This document shows positions 9,998 to 20,509 of a stretch of DNA of 64,000 nucleotides, piece after piece; the first letter of the stretch is position 1; each line of letters begins with the position of its first letter. Under the pieces are notes generated by a model that saw nothing but the letters and a program-made list of their open reading frames with translations, searched no databases and was not told the origin of the DNA. Both the position numbers and the translations under genes were made by a program. Origin of the DNA: Spirochaetia bacterium (GTDB taxonomy: Bacteria > Spirochaetota > Spirochaetia > SZUA-6 > Bin103); contig OZ241863.1 in assembly GCA_965203055.1 (NCBI GenBank), positions 64,001 to 128,000 of the forward strand, in the 5' to 3' direction.

Positions 9998-10381
9998 ATG
10001 GCTGTCGATAGCGCCGCCGCGGCTCGTTGGGTCGCCGCCCGGCAGGCCCGGCGGCGCGCTGCGCTACGCCGCCGGCTGCAGTCGGCGCAACGGGACGCGG
10101 CCCGCATCATCGCCATGATCGCCGCGCACTACCGGCCGCGGCGCATCTACCAGTGGGGATCGCTGGTCCATACCGAGCGGTTCGCCGAGATCTCGGACAT
10201 CGACATAGCGGTCGAAGGGATGAACTGCGACGAGCGCCTCCTCGCGGCGATCCGGTCGCGGGCGGAAGAGATGACCGACCTGCACGTCGATCTGGTCGTG
10301 ATGGAGCGTCTCGACCCGGGGCGGGCAGACCTCATTCGCCGCTTCGGCGCGGTCGCATGGCCGGCCGGCGAGCATGCCTGA
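9998..10381 (+). CDS. Minimal nucleotidyltransferase (MNT), putative antitoxin
   Basis: WGS...SDIDIAVEG and VDLV motifs. Overlaps the downstream HEPN-like gene. Confidence 0.85.
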   Translation: MAVDSAAAARWVAARQARRRAALRRRLQSAQRDAARIIAMIAAHYRPRRIYQWGSLVHTERFAEISDIDIAVEGMNCDERLLAAIRSRAEEMTDLHVDLVVMERLDPGRADLIRRFGAVAWPAGEHA

Positions 10382-10865
10382 ACGCGGCCTCGATGAGCTG
10401 ATCGCCGAGCTCGCGCAGGCCCGGCAGCGCCTGCAGGCGGTCTACGCCAAGCTCGGCAACGCGCGGGAGACCGCGCTGCCGCGCCTCGGGCGCACCGATG
10501 ACAGCGCGCTGATCGTGGCCGGCTACCTGGAAACCTACTACACCGTCCTGGAGACCTTCTTCGTCCGCGTATCCGGTTACTTCGAAAACAATCTGCCGCC
10601 GGCGCGTTGGCACACCGCTCTGTTGGAGAACATGACCCTCGAAATCGAAGGGCTGCGCGCCCGCGTCGTCGGCGATCTCAATCTGGTTCGCCTGCGCGAG
10701 CTGCTCCGATTTCGCCACTTCCGCCGCTACTACGTGGAGATGGAATACGACTGGGCGCGCATCGACTTCCTGCTCGCGACTCTGGACGCCGCCCACCCGA
10801 CCGTGCTGCGCGAGCTCGACGCGTTCGACGCGTTTCTCCGTGAGGTCCGCGGCCGCACCGCTTAG
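10374..10865 (+). CDS. HEPN/HepT-like ribonuclease, putative toxin
   Basis: Helical 163 aa protein with YT-x-LE, WH-x-x-LL and FRHFRRYY motifs. Paired with the MNT gene. Confidence 0.75.
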   Translation: MPERGLDELIAELAQARQRLQAVYAKLGNARETALPRLGRTDDSALIVAGYLETYYTVLETFFVRVSGYFENNLPPARWHTALLENMTLEIEGLRARVVGDLNLVRLRELLRFRHFRRYYVEMEYDWARIDFLLATLDAAHPTVLRELDAFDAFLREVRGRTA

Positions 10866-10886
10866 TTGGTTTGTTTGCGCCTTCGT

Positions 10887-10915
10887 TTGACACGCGGCCG
10901 ATGCGCGGCGACACT
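10887..10915 (+). promoter_or_regulatory. Sigma70-like promoter for the GH31 gene
   Basis: TTGACA (10887-10892), 17-bp spacer, GACACT (10910-10915), then 8 nt to the ATG. Confidence 0.55.
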
Positions 10916-10923
10916 GCTGCGCC

Positions 10924-13005
10924 ATGACGCCGCTGGGGCAGCGCGTCGAACGCGCCGGCGGCGGGCTGATCCACACCCGCGAGCCGTGGAACGTCAGCGC
11001 CTTCGCCGCGCCGCAGGTCGAACTCCTCTCCATCGTGCCGTGGGGACCGGACGCCTTGCGGGTCCGGGTGACCGTCGGGCCGCGCATCCTCGACACCGCC
11101 TGGGCGCTGACCGAGCCGGTAGCCGGCAACGCGGCCGCGGTCACGGTCGGCGCCGCCGAAGCGACCGTGCGCAACGGCCGGATCTCGGCGCGGCTGACCG
11201 ACCGGGCTGCCGGGCGCGCGGACGCGCGCCTGGAGTTCTTCCGCCATCCCGGCGGCGGCGCCGAGGCCGTTCCGATTCTGGCCGAGCATGACTACGTGGT
11301 CGGGTGCCACGATCCGGGCAGCCGCATCTTCCAGCCGCGCAGCGCCGCGGGCGAAGCGGGGCTGTACTACGCCGAGCATCACTTCGCGGCGCGCGCCGGG
11401 GAGCGGCTGTACGGCATGGGGCTCAACGCTACCGGCGGGGTCGACCTGAAGGGGTGCGTCATCGACCTGTACCAGCGCCACTGCAAGCACGTCGTGCCGT
11501 TCGTGGTATCGAGCGAGGGCTACGGCCTGCTGTGGAACAACCCGTCGCTGGGGCGGGTCGAGTTCGGCAACAACATGACCCGCTGGGTGTCGCGCGGCTG
11601 CCGCCAGCTCGACTACTACGTCACCGCCGGTGACAGCTACGCCGACATCCTGGGCAACTACGCCGGGGTGACCGGCCACGCGCCGCTGCTCCCGGAGTGG
11701 GCGGCCGGCTTCTGGCAATGCAAGCTGCGCTATCGGACCCAGGAGGAGTTCCTCGCCGCGGCGCGGGAATTCAAGCGCCGCGGCCTGCCGGTAGCGGTGC
11801 TGGTGATCGACTTCCGGCACTGGCGCCACTGGGGCGACTGGAAGCTCGACCCGGAGTTCTGGCCCGACCCGGCGGCCATGGTGCGCGAGCTCGACGACCT
11901 GGGCGCGCGAATCATGATCTCCCCCTGGGTGATGATGGAAGAAAACAGCGAAAACTTCGCCGAGTTCCACCGCCGGGGCATCTACGTGCGCGGGCCTGAC
12001 GGTGCGGAAACGTGGTGGCCGGGCGATCCGCCGGGAACGACGGCGACACATCCGGCCGACCGGCCGCGCGCGCGCACGCTGCAGTACGATCCGACGCACC
12101 CCGACGCCGGACCCTTTCTGTGGGAGCGTTGGAAGCGCAACTACGTGGACCTGGGCATCAAGACGTTCTGGCTGGACCCGTGCGACGACGTCAGCCGGAT
12201 GGCCGACTACGACAAGGTGCGCTATCATGTCGGCCCCGGCATCGAGGCCAACTGCTTCTATCCGGTGGCGCATCAGAAGAACGTGTACGACGGCCTGCGC
12301 GCGGCCGGCGAGCACGAGGTGGTCACCATCTGCCGCAGCTCCTGGGCCGGTTCGCAGCGTTACGGCGCCGCGCCGGCGGCGCATGACATCCAGTCATCGT
12401 TCGCCCATCTGCGCGAGTACCTGATGGCGGGGCTGAACCTGGCCATGGCGGGGATTCCGTGGGGCGCGGCGGAAATCGGCGGCTTCGTGACGCCGCAGGC
12501 GCAGGACGACGAATTCCGCGAGCTGGTGGTGCGCTGGTACCAGTACGGCGTGTTCACGCCGATCTTCCGCACCCACGGCCACCGCGCCAACAACGAGCCG
12601 TGGAGCATCGGCGGCGGCACCTACCGCCACATCCGCGCCGCCATCATGCTGCGCGAACGGCTCCGCCCCTACGTCATGGCGCAAATGAAGGTCGCCGCCG
12701 AGCGCGGCATCCCGCCGATGCGGCCGCTGTTCTTCGACTTCCAGGACGACGCCCGCGCCGCGCGCGTCGAGGATCAATTCCTGTTCGGGCCGGACCTGCT
12801 GGTGGCGCCGATCGTCGAGTACCGGGCGCGGCAACGCCGGGTCTACCTGCCGGCGGGAGCCGAGTGGATCGACGCCGCCGGCGGCGGACGGTACGAAGGC
12901 GGCGTCACCATCGACGCGCCGGCGCCGCTCGAGCGCATCCCGGTCTTCGTGCGCGCGCCGAACCGGGAACTCGCCGACCAGTTTCAGGGCCTGAACGACC
13001 TATGA
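10924..13005 (+). CDS. Glycoside hydrolase family 31 (alpha-xylosidase/glucosidase-like)
   Basis: LYGMG, GFWQCKLRY, FWLD nucleophile region, WAGSQRYGA, RWYQYG, PPMRPLFFDF and DQFLFGPDLLVAP. Confidence 0.9.
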   Translation: MTPLGQRVERAGGGLIHTREPWNVSAFAAPQVELLSIVPWGPDALRVRVTVGPRILDTAWALTEPVAGNAAAVTVGAAEATVRNGRISARLTDRAAGRADARLEFFRHPGGGAEAVPILAEHDYVVGCHDPGSRIFQPRSAAGEAGLYYAEHHFAARAGERLYGMGLNATGGVDLKGCVIDLYQRHCKHVVPFVVSSEGYGLLWNNPSLGRVEFGNNMTRWVSRGCRQLDYYVTAGDSYADILGNYAGVTGHAPLLPEWAAGFWQCKLRYRTQEEFLAAAREFKRRGLPVAVLVIDFRHWRHWGDWKLDPEFWPDPAAMVRELDDLGARIMISPWVMMEENSENFAEFHRRGIYVRGPDGAETWWPGDPPGTTATHPADRPRARTLQYDPTHPDAGPFLWERWKRNYVDLGIKTFWLDPCDDVSRMADYDKVRYHVGPGIEANCFYPVAHQKNVYDGLRAAGEHEVVTICRSSWAGSQRYGAAPAAHDIQSSFAHLREYLMAGLNLAMAGIPWGAAEIGGFVTPQAQDDEFRELVVRWYQYGVFTPIFRTHGHRANNEPWSIGGGTYRHIRAAIMLRERLRPYVMAQMKVAAERGIPPMRPLFFDFQDDARAARVEDQFLFGPDLLVAPIVEYRARQRRVYLPAGAEWIDAAGGGRYEGGVTIDAPAPLERIPVFVRAPNRELADQFQGLNDL

Positions 13006-13220
13006 CGCGCGCTGAGCCGGCTCTGTGGGCGGAATTCGATGCCGCGGCGCGCCGCCCGCTTGCCGTACGGTGGCGTTACTCCTTCATCCGAACCTACAAG
13101 CCGATGTTGGACGATGAGAACTACCGCTCCTTCGATTCCATGGAGGAATATCGCCAGTGGTGCGAGCGAGAGCTGCCCGACTGGCTAGGCTATGGCCGCG
13201 TTCGAGTACCGGCAAGCTGA
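13002..13220 (+). CDS. Small hypothetical protein (72 aa), possible TA partner
   Basis: ATG overlaps the GH31 stop (ATGA). Protein-like sequence YKPMLDD...SFDSMEEYRQWCERELPDWLGY. Overlaps the next gene. Confidence 0.6.
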   Translation: MTRAEPALWAEFDAAARRPLAVRWRYSFIRTYKPMLDDENYRSFDSMEEYRQWCERELPDWLGYGRVRVPAS

Positions 13221-13668
13221 GGAGATACGGGACGCCCTGGAACGCCATGGCGTCCGCTACCTCTTCATAGGCAAGTCGGGCGCAATCCTTCTCGGATACC
13301 CCGACACGACTCAAGATGCCGATCTGTTCGTCGAGAAGGCCGCCGCCAACAGCCAGGCCCTGGTAACGGCTCTGCGAGAACTCGGGTTCGCGTTGACCGG
13401 CCGCCAAGCCGCGGAGATCGTCCGCGGTAAGGACTTCGTCCAACTCAAGAACGGTCCGTTCGATTTGGATCTCGTGTTCGCGCCCGACGGCATCGAGAGC
13501 TTCCAGGATGCGTTCCGGCGGCGCGTCGACGTCGAGGGGTTTCCGGTCTGCTCGCTGGACGACATCATCGCCAGCAAGGAAGCATCGAACCGGGCAAAGG
13601 ATCGCGAGACGCTGCCGCGCCTTCGATCATTCCGCGACTACCGGAGTGCCCGCTCGCGCGGAGGATAG
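13192..13668 (+). CDS. Nucleotidyltransferase-fold protein
   Basis: YLFIG-x-x-x-A...G-x-P-x-x-T-x-D-x-D, and C-terminal DIIASK...R-x-KD. Confidence 0.7.
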   Translation: MAAFEYRQAEEIRDALERHGVRYLFIGKSGAILLGYPDTTQDADLFVEKAAANSQALVTALRELGFALTGRQAAEIVRGKDFVQLKNGPFDLDLVFAPDGIESFQDAFRRRVDVEGFPVCSLDDIIASKEASNRAKDRETLPRLRSFRDYRSARSRGG

Positions 13669-13688
13669 TTGCGCCGGCTTGACCGCGG

Positions 13689-14442
13689 TCAGGCCCAGCC
13701 GCGCAGGCGGTAGACCAGGAGACCGAGATATTCGCGGCACACCCGCGAGCTGCGCTGGAGGGCGGTCGCGAGGGGGAGCAGACTGGGGAGCCTGGTAGTG
13801 GCCCGCAGCCGGGCATAGTCGGCCGGAGCGGGGACGACCTCGAATCCGACCCGCCTGAAGGCGGCCTCGGCGCGCGCCATGTGCCAGGCCGAAGTGACCA
13901 GCAGCACCTGCTCGATGCCGTTCGCGGCGGCGATGGGCGCGGTGTAGGCGGCGTTTTCGCGCGTGCTGCGGCTGTTCGCTTCGAGGATGACGTCCGCGTC
14001 CGGCACGCCGAGGGCGGCGAGCAGGAGGCGGGTGGCGGACGCGGGCGATTGCCCGTGCGGAGCGCCCCGCGTGCTGCCGGCCGAAACGACGATAAACGGC
14101 GCCTTGCCGGCGTGATACAACCGCGCCGCGTGCCACACCCGATCGGCGGCGTCGTTCAACTCGGGATAGCCCCATGCCTCCGCCGCCGGGTCGAAGGAGC
14201 CGCCGAGCAGGACGATCGCGTCCGCCGCCGGAAACAATTCCACGGGCCGCGGCCGGTACGCCGCGGACACCTGGTCGAGGAGCGCGTCGGAGGTGATCGG
14301 CATCGACCAGCCCCACAGCCACGCGACGCTGAACGCCATGAGGCAGGCGGCGCGGCCGCGCCAGCCGAGCGCGAGCGCCAACAGGGCAAGCAATCCGCAT
14401 GCCACCGCCACCCCGAGCGGACTGGCCGCCTGGCCGAGAATC

Positions 14443-14459
<17 letters not shown>
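13689..14459 (-). CDS. YdcF/DUF218 family membrane protein
   Basis: AIVLLGG, E-x-x-SRSTRENA, LLVTSAWHMARA and REYLG motifs. Confidence 0.9.
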
Positions 14460-15248
<789 letters not shown>

Positions 15249-15255
<7 letters not shown>

Positions 15256-16283
15256 CCGGGGCGGGCGCTCGCCTTGACGCCGGGCAGAACGCAGCGGTGA
15301 AGGAGGGGAGCAGGGCCGGGAGGGGCGGCGCCGCGCTCCTGCGCCAGCGGCGGCACCGCTTGCGTGCAGCGCGCTTCCGCCTGCGCGCAGCGCGGCGCAA
15401 ACGGGCAGCCCGGCTCCGGGCGCAGCGGATCCGGCACCGCGCCCGGAATCGCGCGCAGCGGCTGCTCGGTATAGTGCGCGCCCAACTCCAGGTGGGCGTC
15501 CAGCAGCGCCCGCAGGTAAGGGTGGCGCGGTTCCGCCAACAGCGCCGCGGCCGGGCCCTGCTCCATCACCAGGCCGCCGTACATCACCACGATGCGGTCC
15601 GCGAGCTGACCGATCAGGGCAAGATCGTGGCTGATGAACAGAATCGCCAACCGGCGCGCGGCCCGCAGCCGCCGCAGCAGCTCCACCACCTGCGCCTGCA
15701 CCGTAACGTCCAGCGCGGTGGTGGGCTCATCGGCGATCAGCACCTCCGGATCTCCCGCCAGCGCATGGGCGATCAGCACCCGCTGCAGCATGCCGCCGGA
15801 GAACTGGTGGGGAAAGCTGGCCAGGCGCCGCGCCGCCTCCGGGATGCCCACCTCTTCCAGCAGCGCCACGCAGCGCGCGCGCCGCGCCGCGCGCTCCAGC
15901 TCGGGGTGATGCGCGCGCAAGGTCTCGTTCAGCGAGCGCTCGATGGAGTAGATCGGATCGAAGGAGAGCGCCGGCTCCTGGAACACGATCCCCACCTGGC
16001 CGCCGCGCAGGCGCCGCAACGCCGCGCTGCGCATGGTCACCAAGTCCTCGCCGCGAAAGCGCAGCCGCCGCGCCGTGATCCGGGCATGCGGCGGCAGCAG
16101 CCGCAGCAGCGCCAGCGCGGTGACGCTCTTGCCCGAGCCGCTCTCGCCGACCAGTCCCACCACCTCCCCGGCGTGGAGCTCCAGATCGACGCCGCGCACC
16201 GCCTGCAGCAGCCCGCGGTCGGTGGCGAAGCTCACCGTCAGTTGCGCCGCCTGGTACAGCGGCCGGGCGCCGCGCTCAGCCAC
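15249..16283 (-). CDS. Oligopeptide/dipeptide ABC transporter ATP-binding subunit (OppD-like)
   Basis: GESGSGKS, FSGGMLQR, DEPTTALDV, HPY and C-terminal GCPFAPRC. Confidence 0.92.
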
Positions 16284-17421
16284 GCACCGGCTCCCGGCGA
16301 TGCGGGTCGAGCACGTCGCGCAGCAGGTCCCCGAGGAAGCTGAACGCCAACGTCACCAGCAGCAGCGCCAGGCCGGGATAGAGGAACCACGGAAAGCTGC
16401 GCAGATTGCTCAGCGAGATCACGTCCCGCCGCAGCATCGAGCCCCAGCTCACCGCCGGGTCCGCGATTCCCAGGCCGAGGAAGGAAAGCGCGGTCTCCGC
16501 CAGGATGAAGCCCGGAATGCCCAGCGCGGCGTTGACGATCAGGATCGAGGCCATCTGCGGCACGATCTGGGTGAAGATGATCACCAGCGGCGGGATCCCC
16601 TGCAGTTGCGCGGCGGCGACGAAGTCCTCGGTCTTGATGCTGTGCACCATCCCCCGGATCAGCCGCGCGGTCCCGGGCCAGCCCACGACCGACAGAATGA
16701 CGGTGATGAGGAAGAACGACCGGGCGGGGTCCCACTCGTAGGACAGGATGGAACGCAGGAACAGGATCATGTAGAGGCTGGGAATGAGGATGAAGAACTC
16801 GGCGACGCGCATGATGGTCCAGTCGACGGCGCCGCCGTAGTAGCCGGCCAAGCCGCCCAGGATGATCGCCAGGGTCAGCGAGATCGCTATGGCAATGAAG
16901 CCGATCGTCAGCGAGATGCGCGAGCCGTACAGGATGCGCGACAGGATGTCGCGTCCCAGGTGGTCGGACCCCAACAGGAACACCGGGTAGGCTTGGCCGC
17001 CGCCGCGCCACGGGTCCGCGTCCGCCGCGGTCGCCGCGCCGGCGGCAGCGCCCTCCTCCGCGGCGCGGTACGGCGCCTCGGTCCCGAACAGATGCGCCCG
17101 CATCGGCACCAGCCCCCACAGCCGGTACTCCGGCCCCGGCGCCAGCAACCGCACCCGATAGTGCTGGCCGCGGATGCGCGCGTAGCGCCGCGTCACCTCG
17201 TCCACCAGCACCCGGCGCTGCACCTGCGGTCCGAATCCCAACTCGGCCGAGTAGAAGCTCAGGGAGGGTGGTTGGTGGGTATGGAAGCGGAACGCGGTGG
17301 TCGGGAGGTAGGGCGCCAGGAACTCCGCCAGCAGCATCGCGCCGTAGAGCAGCGCCAGCACCAGCGCCGAGGCGGCCGCCACCGGCCGCTGGCGCAGCCG
17401 GCGCCACAACGCGGCCCTCAC
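16276..17421 (-). CDS. ABC transporter permease (OppC-like)
   Basis: LGSDHLGRDILSRILYGSRISL, ETALSFLGLG and GDLLRDVLDP. Confidence 0.92.
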   Translation of the reverse strand: MRAALWRRLRQRPVAAASALVLALLYGAMLLAEFLAPYLPTTAFRFHTHQPPSLSFYSAELGFGPQVQRRVLVDEVTRRYARIRGQHYRVRLLAPGPEYRLWGLVPMRAHLFGTEAPYRAAEEGAAAGAATAADADPWRGGGQAYPVFLLGSDHLGRDILSRILYGSRISLTIGFIAIAISLTLAIILGGLAGYYGGAVDWTIMRVAEFFILIPSLYMILFLRSILSYEWDPARSFFLITVILSVVGWPGTARLIRGMVHSIKTEDFVAAAQLQGIPPLVIIFTQIVPQMASILIVNAALGIPGFILAETALSFLGLGIADPAVSWGSMLRRDVISLSNLRSFPWFLYPGLALLLVTLAFSFLGDLLRDVLDPHRREPVRG

Positions 17422-17451
17422 CGGCGTCCGGCGGGCGGCTCTGCCTTGCTA

Positions 17452-18561
17452 TCAGTCATTGCCGCGCCGGGAATAGCGGATGCGGGGATCGACTACCGCC
17501 AGCAGCACGTCGGCAGCGATCATACCCAACAGGATCAGGACGCTGATGAACATGATGTTGGCCAGCACCAGGTTGATGTCCTCCTCCCGCACCGCCTCGT
17601 ACATCAGCCGCCCGATGCCGGGATAGGCGAAGATGATCTCCATGATCAACGAGCCCGAAAACAGCCCCGCGAACAGATCGGCGCTGCTGGTGATATAGGG
17701 GTTGAGGGTGTTGCGGAAGGCGTGCACCACGTGCACGCGCCGCTCGTCGATGCCGCGCGCGCGCAGCGCGGTCACGTAGGGTTGGCCAAGCTGATCCAGC
17801 ATGGTGGCGCGGATGTAGCGCATGGTGGCGCCGACCCCGCCCAGGAACGCGCCGAGCAGCGGCAGCGCGACGTGGTGCAGGTAGCTGAAGGAGAAGCGCA
17901 GCGGCGCCTCCCGATACGGGAAGTCGGGATAGGCGGTGATCGGAAACCAGCCGCTGGCGGCGGCGAACAACTGCAGCAGGATCAGCAGCAGGATGCCGGG
18001 GAAGGCGTGCAGCAGCAGCGCAATGAAGGTCGCCTCCAGGTCTACCCGGGTACCCACCTTGGAGGAGAAGTAGAGGCCGGCGGCGAACGCCAACAGGGTC
18101 AGAAACAGCAGCGAGATCAGGTTCAGCACCAGCGAGTTGACCATCCGCGAGCGGATCAGGAACAGGATCGGCGCGCGAGAGATCAGCGACCGGCCCAGGT
18201 CGCGCTCCACCACCACCTGGTAGAGCCAACGCCCGTACTGGGCGTAGAACGGCAGGTCGAGGCCGAGGCGCGCCTTGGCCGCGGCGATCTGTTCTTCGCT
18301 GTAGACGTTGTCCGCCTGGCGGTCGCCGGAAATCAGCATCTGGCTCTTGACGTAGTTGTCGACCATGTCGCTCGGCGCCAGCTTCATCAGGCCGAACACC
18401 GCCAGCCCAAGCACCAGCAGCATGGCAACCAGCGACGCCAGCCGGGCCGCCAGAAAGTGCAGCAGCGGGAAGCGGCGGCCGCCCGCGCCGCGCCCTGCGC
18501 GCTCCGGCTCGTCGCGTCCCGGCGCGGCGGCGCCGTCACGTTGCCGCGCGGCCATCCTCAC
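17452..18561 (-). CDS. ABC transporter permease (OppB-like)
   Basis: LGLDLP...QY, DLGRS, HAFRN, EIIFAYPGIG and C-terminal DPRIR. Confidence 0.92.
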   Translation of the reverse strand: MRMAARQRDGAAAPGRDEPERAGRGAGGRRFPLLHFLAARLASLVAMLLVLGLAVFGLMKLAPSDMVDNYVKSQMLISGDRQADNVYSEEQIAAAKARLGLDLPFYAQYGRWLYQVVVERDLGRSLISRAPILFLIRSRMVNSLVLNLISLLFLTLLAFAAGLYFSSKVGTRVDLEATFIALLLHAFPGILLLILLQLFAAASGWFPITAYPDFPYREAPLRFSFSYLHHVALPLLGAFLGGVGATMRYIRATMLDQLGQPYVTALRARGIDERRVHVVHAFRNTLNPYITSSADLFAGLFSGSLIMEIIFAYPGIGRLMYEAVREEDINLVLANIMFISVLILLGMIAADVLLAVVDPRIRYSRRGND

Positions 18562-18588
18562 CGGCGCCGCGCCGCGGCGGCGCCGGCG

Positions 18589-20484
18589 TCACTCGGCGGC
18601 GCGCAGGTAGAGGTAGTCGGAGTCGAGTCCGCCAAGGGTGTCATAGAACACGTTGCCCCACTTGTCGCGCACCGCCAGGAACGCCAGCGGGTGGACCAGG
18701 TAGGTCAATGGCGCCTGGTCGAGGAGCAGGCGCTGGTACTCGTCGTAGATCGCCTTCGCGCGCTCCCGGTCGATGGTGAAGCGCCCCTCATTGTAGAGAT
18801 GGTCGACGCGCGCCTCCCACTCGGTGGCCGGTTCTTCCTGTAGCGGATGCCACAGGTGGAAGTTGCCCTTCGACTGCCACACGTTGCTGCCCCCCTCCGG
18901 CCAGTAGTTGGCGCCCAGGGAGGCGGTCGCCACGTGCCAGTCGTAGGTGCTGGTCAGCATTTCCACCAGCTTCTGGAAATCTATCGGGCGCACGTTGCCG
19001 GTGATACCGGCCGCCTTCAGCTCATCGGCGAAGATGGTCATCACGTCGATGCCGACGTTGTTCTCGGCGCCGACGTGGATGTTGAACTCGACGTGGTTGC
19101 CGGCGGCGTCCTCCATCAGACCCTCCGCGTTGGGGCGGATGCCGATCTCCGCCAGCAGCGCGCGCGCCCGCTCCGGGTCATAGGAGAACTCCTGCCGAAT
19201 CGACTCGTCGAAGTAGGGATTGGCGCGGGCGAAGAAGTGCAGCGCCGGCTCGGCCAGGCCGCGGTACACCTGGCTGGCGATGCGGTCGCGGTCCAGCAGC
19301 GAGCTCATCGCCTGGCGGAACCTGGTCTGGCTGAACCAGCTATGGACCAGCTCGTCCATGGTGTCGGGGTTCTGGTTGAAGGCGACGAAGGCGGCCCCCA
19401 GGGAGGCGCCGCCCTGGTATACCGTGAAGTCGGGATCCTCGACGTTCAGCAGATCATCCAGGTCTTCGGGCCGCAGCGAGTAGGCGTCCTTGTTGCCCTC
19501 CTTGAACTTCAGCAGCTCGGTGTTCCGGTCGGGCACGATCTGGTAGATGACGCGCTCCAGGTAGGGCAGCGTGACGCCGGCGGCGTCCTTCTTCCAGTAG
19601 TCGGGGTTGCGTACCACGACCACGCGCACGCCCGGCTCGTACTCGGCGATGTGGTAGGGGCCGACGGAGGGGATGGTCGCCGGGTCGGTGTCGATGCTGA
19701 ACAGGTTGAGCACCGCTTCGGCGCCGCCCTCCCGCTTGGCCGGCTCGTAGAGGTGGCGCGGGCCGAAGTCCATGTTGGTGGAGAGGATCGGATTGGCGAC
19801 GATGCGCGGGAAGTGGAACGCCACCGTGCGCTCGTCGATCCTGGTCGCCTCGACGCGCGCCTCCGAGCCGTCCGGCAGCTCGATGAACTGGCCGGCGTAG
19901 CCCGGCTGCTGCAGCTCCTGGTCGCCCTCGATCTCCTCGTACCAGAAGATGACGTCGTCCGCGGTCACCGGGACGCGGGCGGCGGGATCGGCAAGGGTGG
20001 TCCAGTAGAGGTCATCGCGCAGGGTGTAGATCACCGTCAGGGAGTCGGCCTCCTCGTCGACCTCCACCTCGAAGCTGGCCAGATTGGGAACGAACTCGCG
20101 CCGGTAGGGATCGTAGTCGGCCAGATAGTCGAACAACACGTCCACCACGGCGCGGGTGTCTGCGTCGCGCGCGGTCATGGTGTTGAAGGTCTTGGGGTCA
20201 TTGTTGATCGAGCTGAGCCAGGTACCGCCAACGGCGCCGAGCTCCCACTCCTGACCGCCGGGGCGGGACACGGTCTTGGCGAGGATCTCGGCGCGCGCCT
20301 GCTCGCGCTGCGACGTCGCCTCGCCTTCCGACAGCTCCTCGTCCGCGACTCCCGCGGCGGCGGCGACGGCCGGCAGCAGGGCGCCGGCGGCGGCGGCGAA
20401 CAGCGCCGCCCGGCAGGTCCGCAAGAAGGTCGCGGCGCGCCGGCCCTGGCGGCGGCAGCGTGGAAGAAGCATCATCATGCCCAC
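18589..20484 (-). CDS. Peptide ABC transporter substrate-binding protein (family 5, OppA-like)
   Basis: DPKTFN, LRDDLYW, VTADDVIF, GPY and RNPDYW motifs. Heads the Opp operon; exact start uncertain. Confidence 0.9.
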   Translation of the reverse strand: MGMMMLLPRCRRQGRRAATFLRTCRAALFAAAAGALLPAVAAAAGVADEELSEGEATSQREQARAEILAKTVSRPGGQEWELGAVGGTWLSSINNDPKTFNTMTARDADTRAVVDVLFDYLADYDPYRREFVPNLASFEVEVDEEADSLTVIYTLRDDLYWTTLADPAARVPVTADDVIFWYEEIEGDQELQQPGYAGQFIELPDGSEARVEATRIDERTVAFHFPRIVANPILSTNMDFGPRHLYEPAKREGGAEAVLNLFSIDTDPATIPSVGPYHIAEYEPGVRVVVVRNPDYWKKDAAGVTLPYLERVIYQIVPDRNTELLKFKEGNKDAYSLRPEDLDDLLNVEDPDFTVYQGGASLGAAFVAFNQNPDTMDELVHSWFSQTRFRQAMSSLLDRDRIASQVYRGLAEPALHFFARANPYFDESIRQEFSYDPERARALLAEIGIRPNAEGLMEDAAGNHVEFNIHVGAENNVGIDVMTIFADELKAAGITGNVRPIDFQKLVEMLTSTYDWHVATASLGANYWPEGGSNVWQSKGNFHLWHPLQEEPATEWEARVDHLYNEGRFTIDRERAKAIYDEYQRLLLDQAPLTYLVHPLAFLAVRDKWGNVFYDTLGGLDSDYLYLRAAE

Positions 20485-20509
20485 AGTGTACCGCAGATGG
20501 CGCTCGTAT

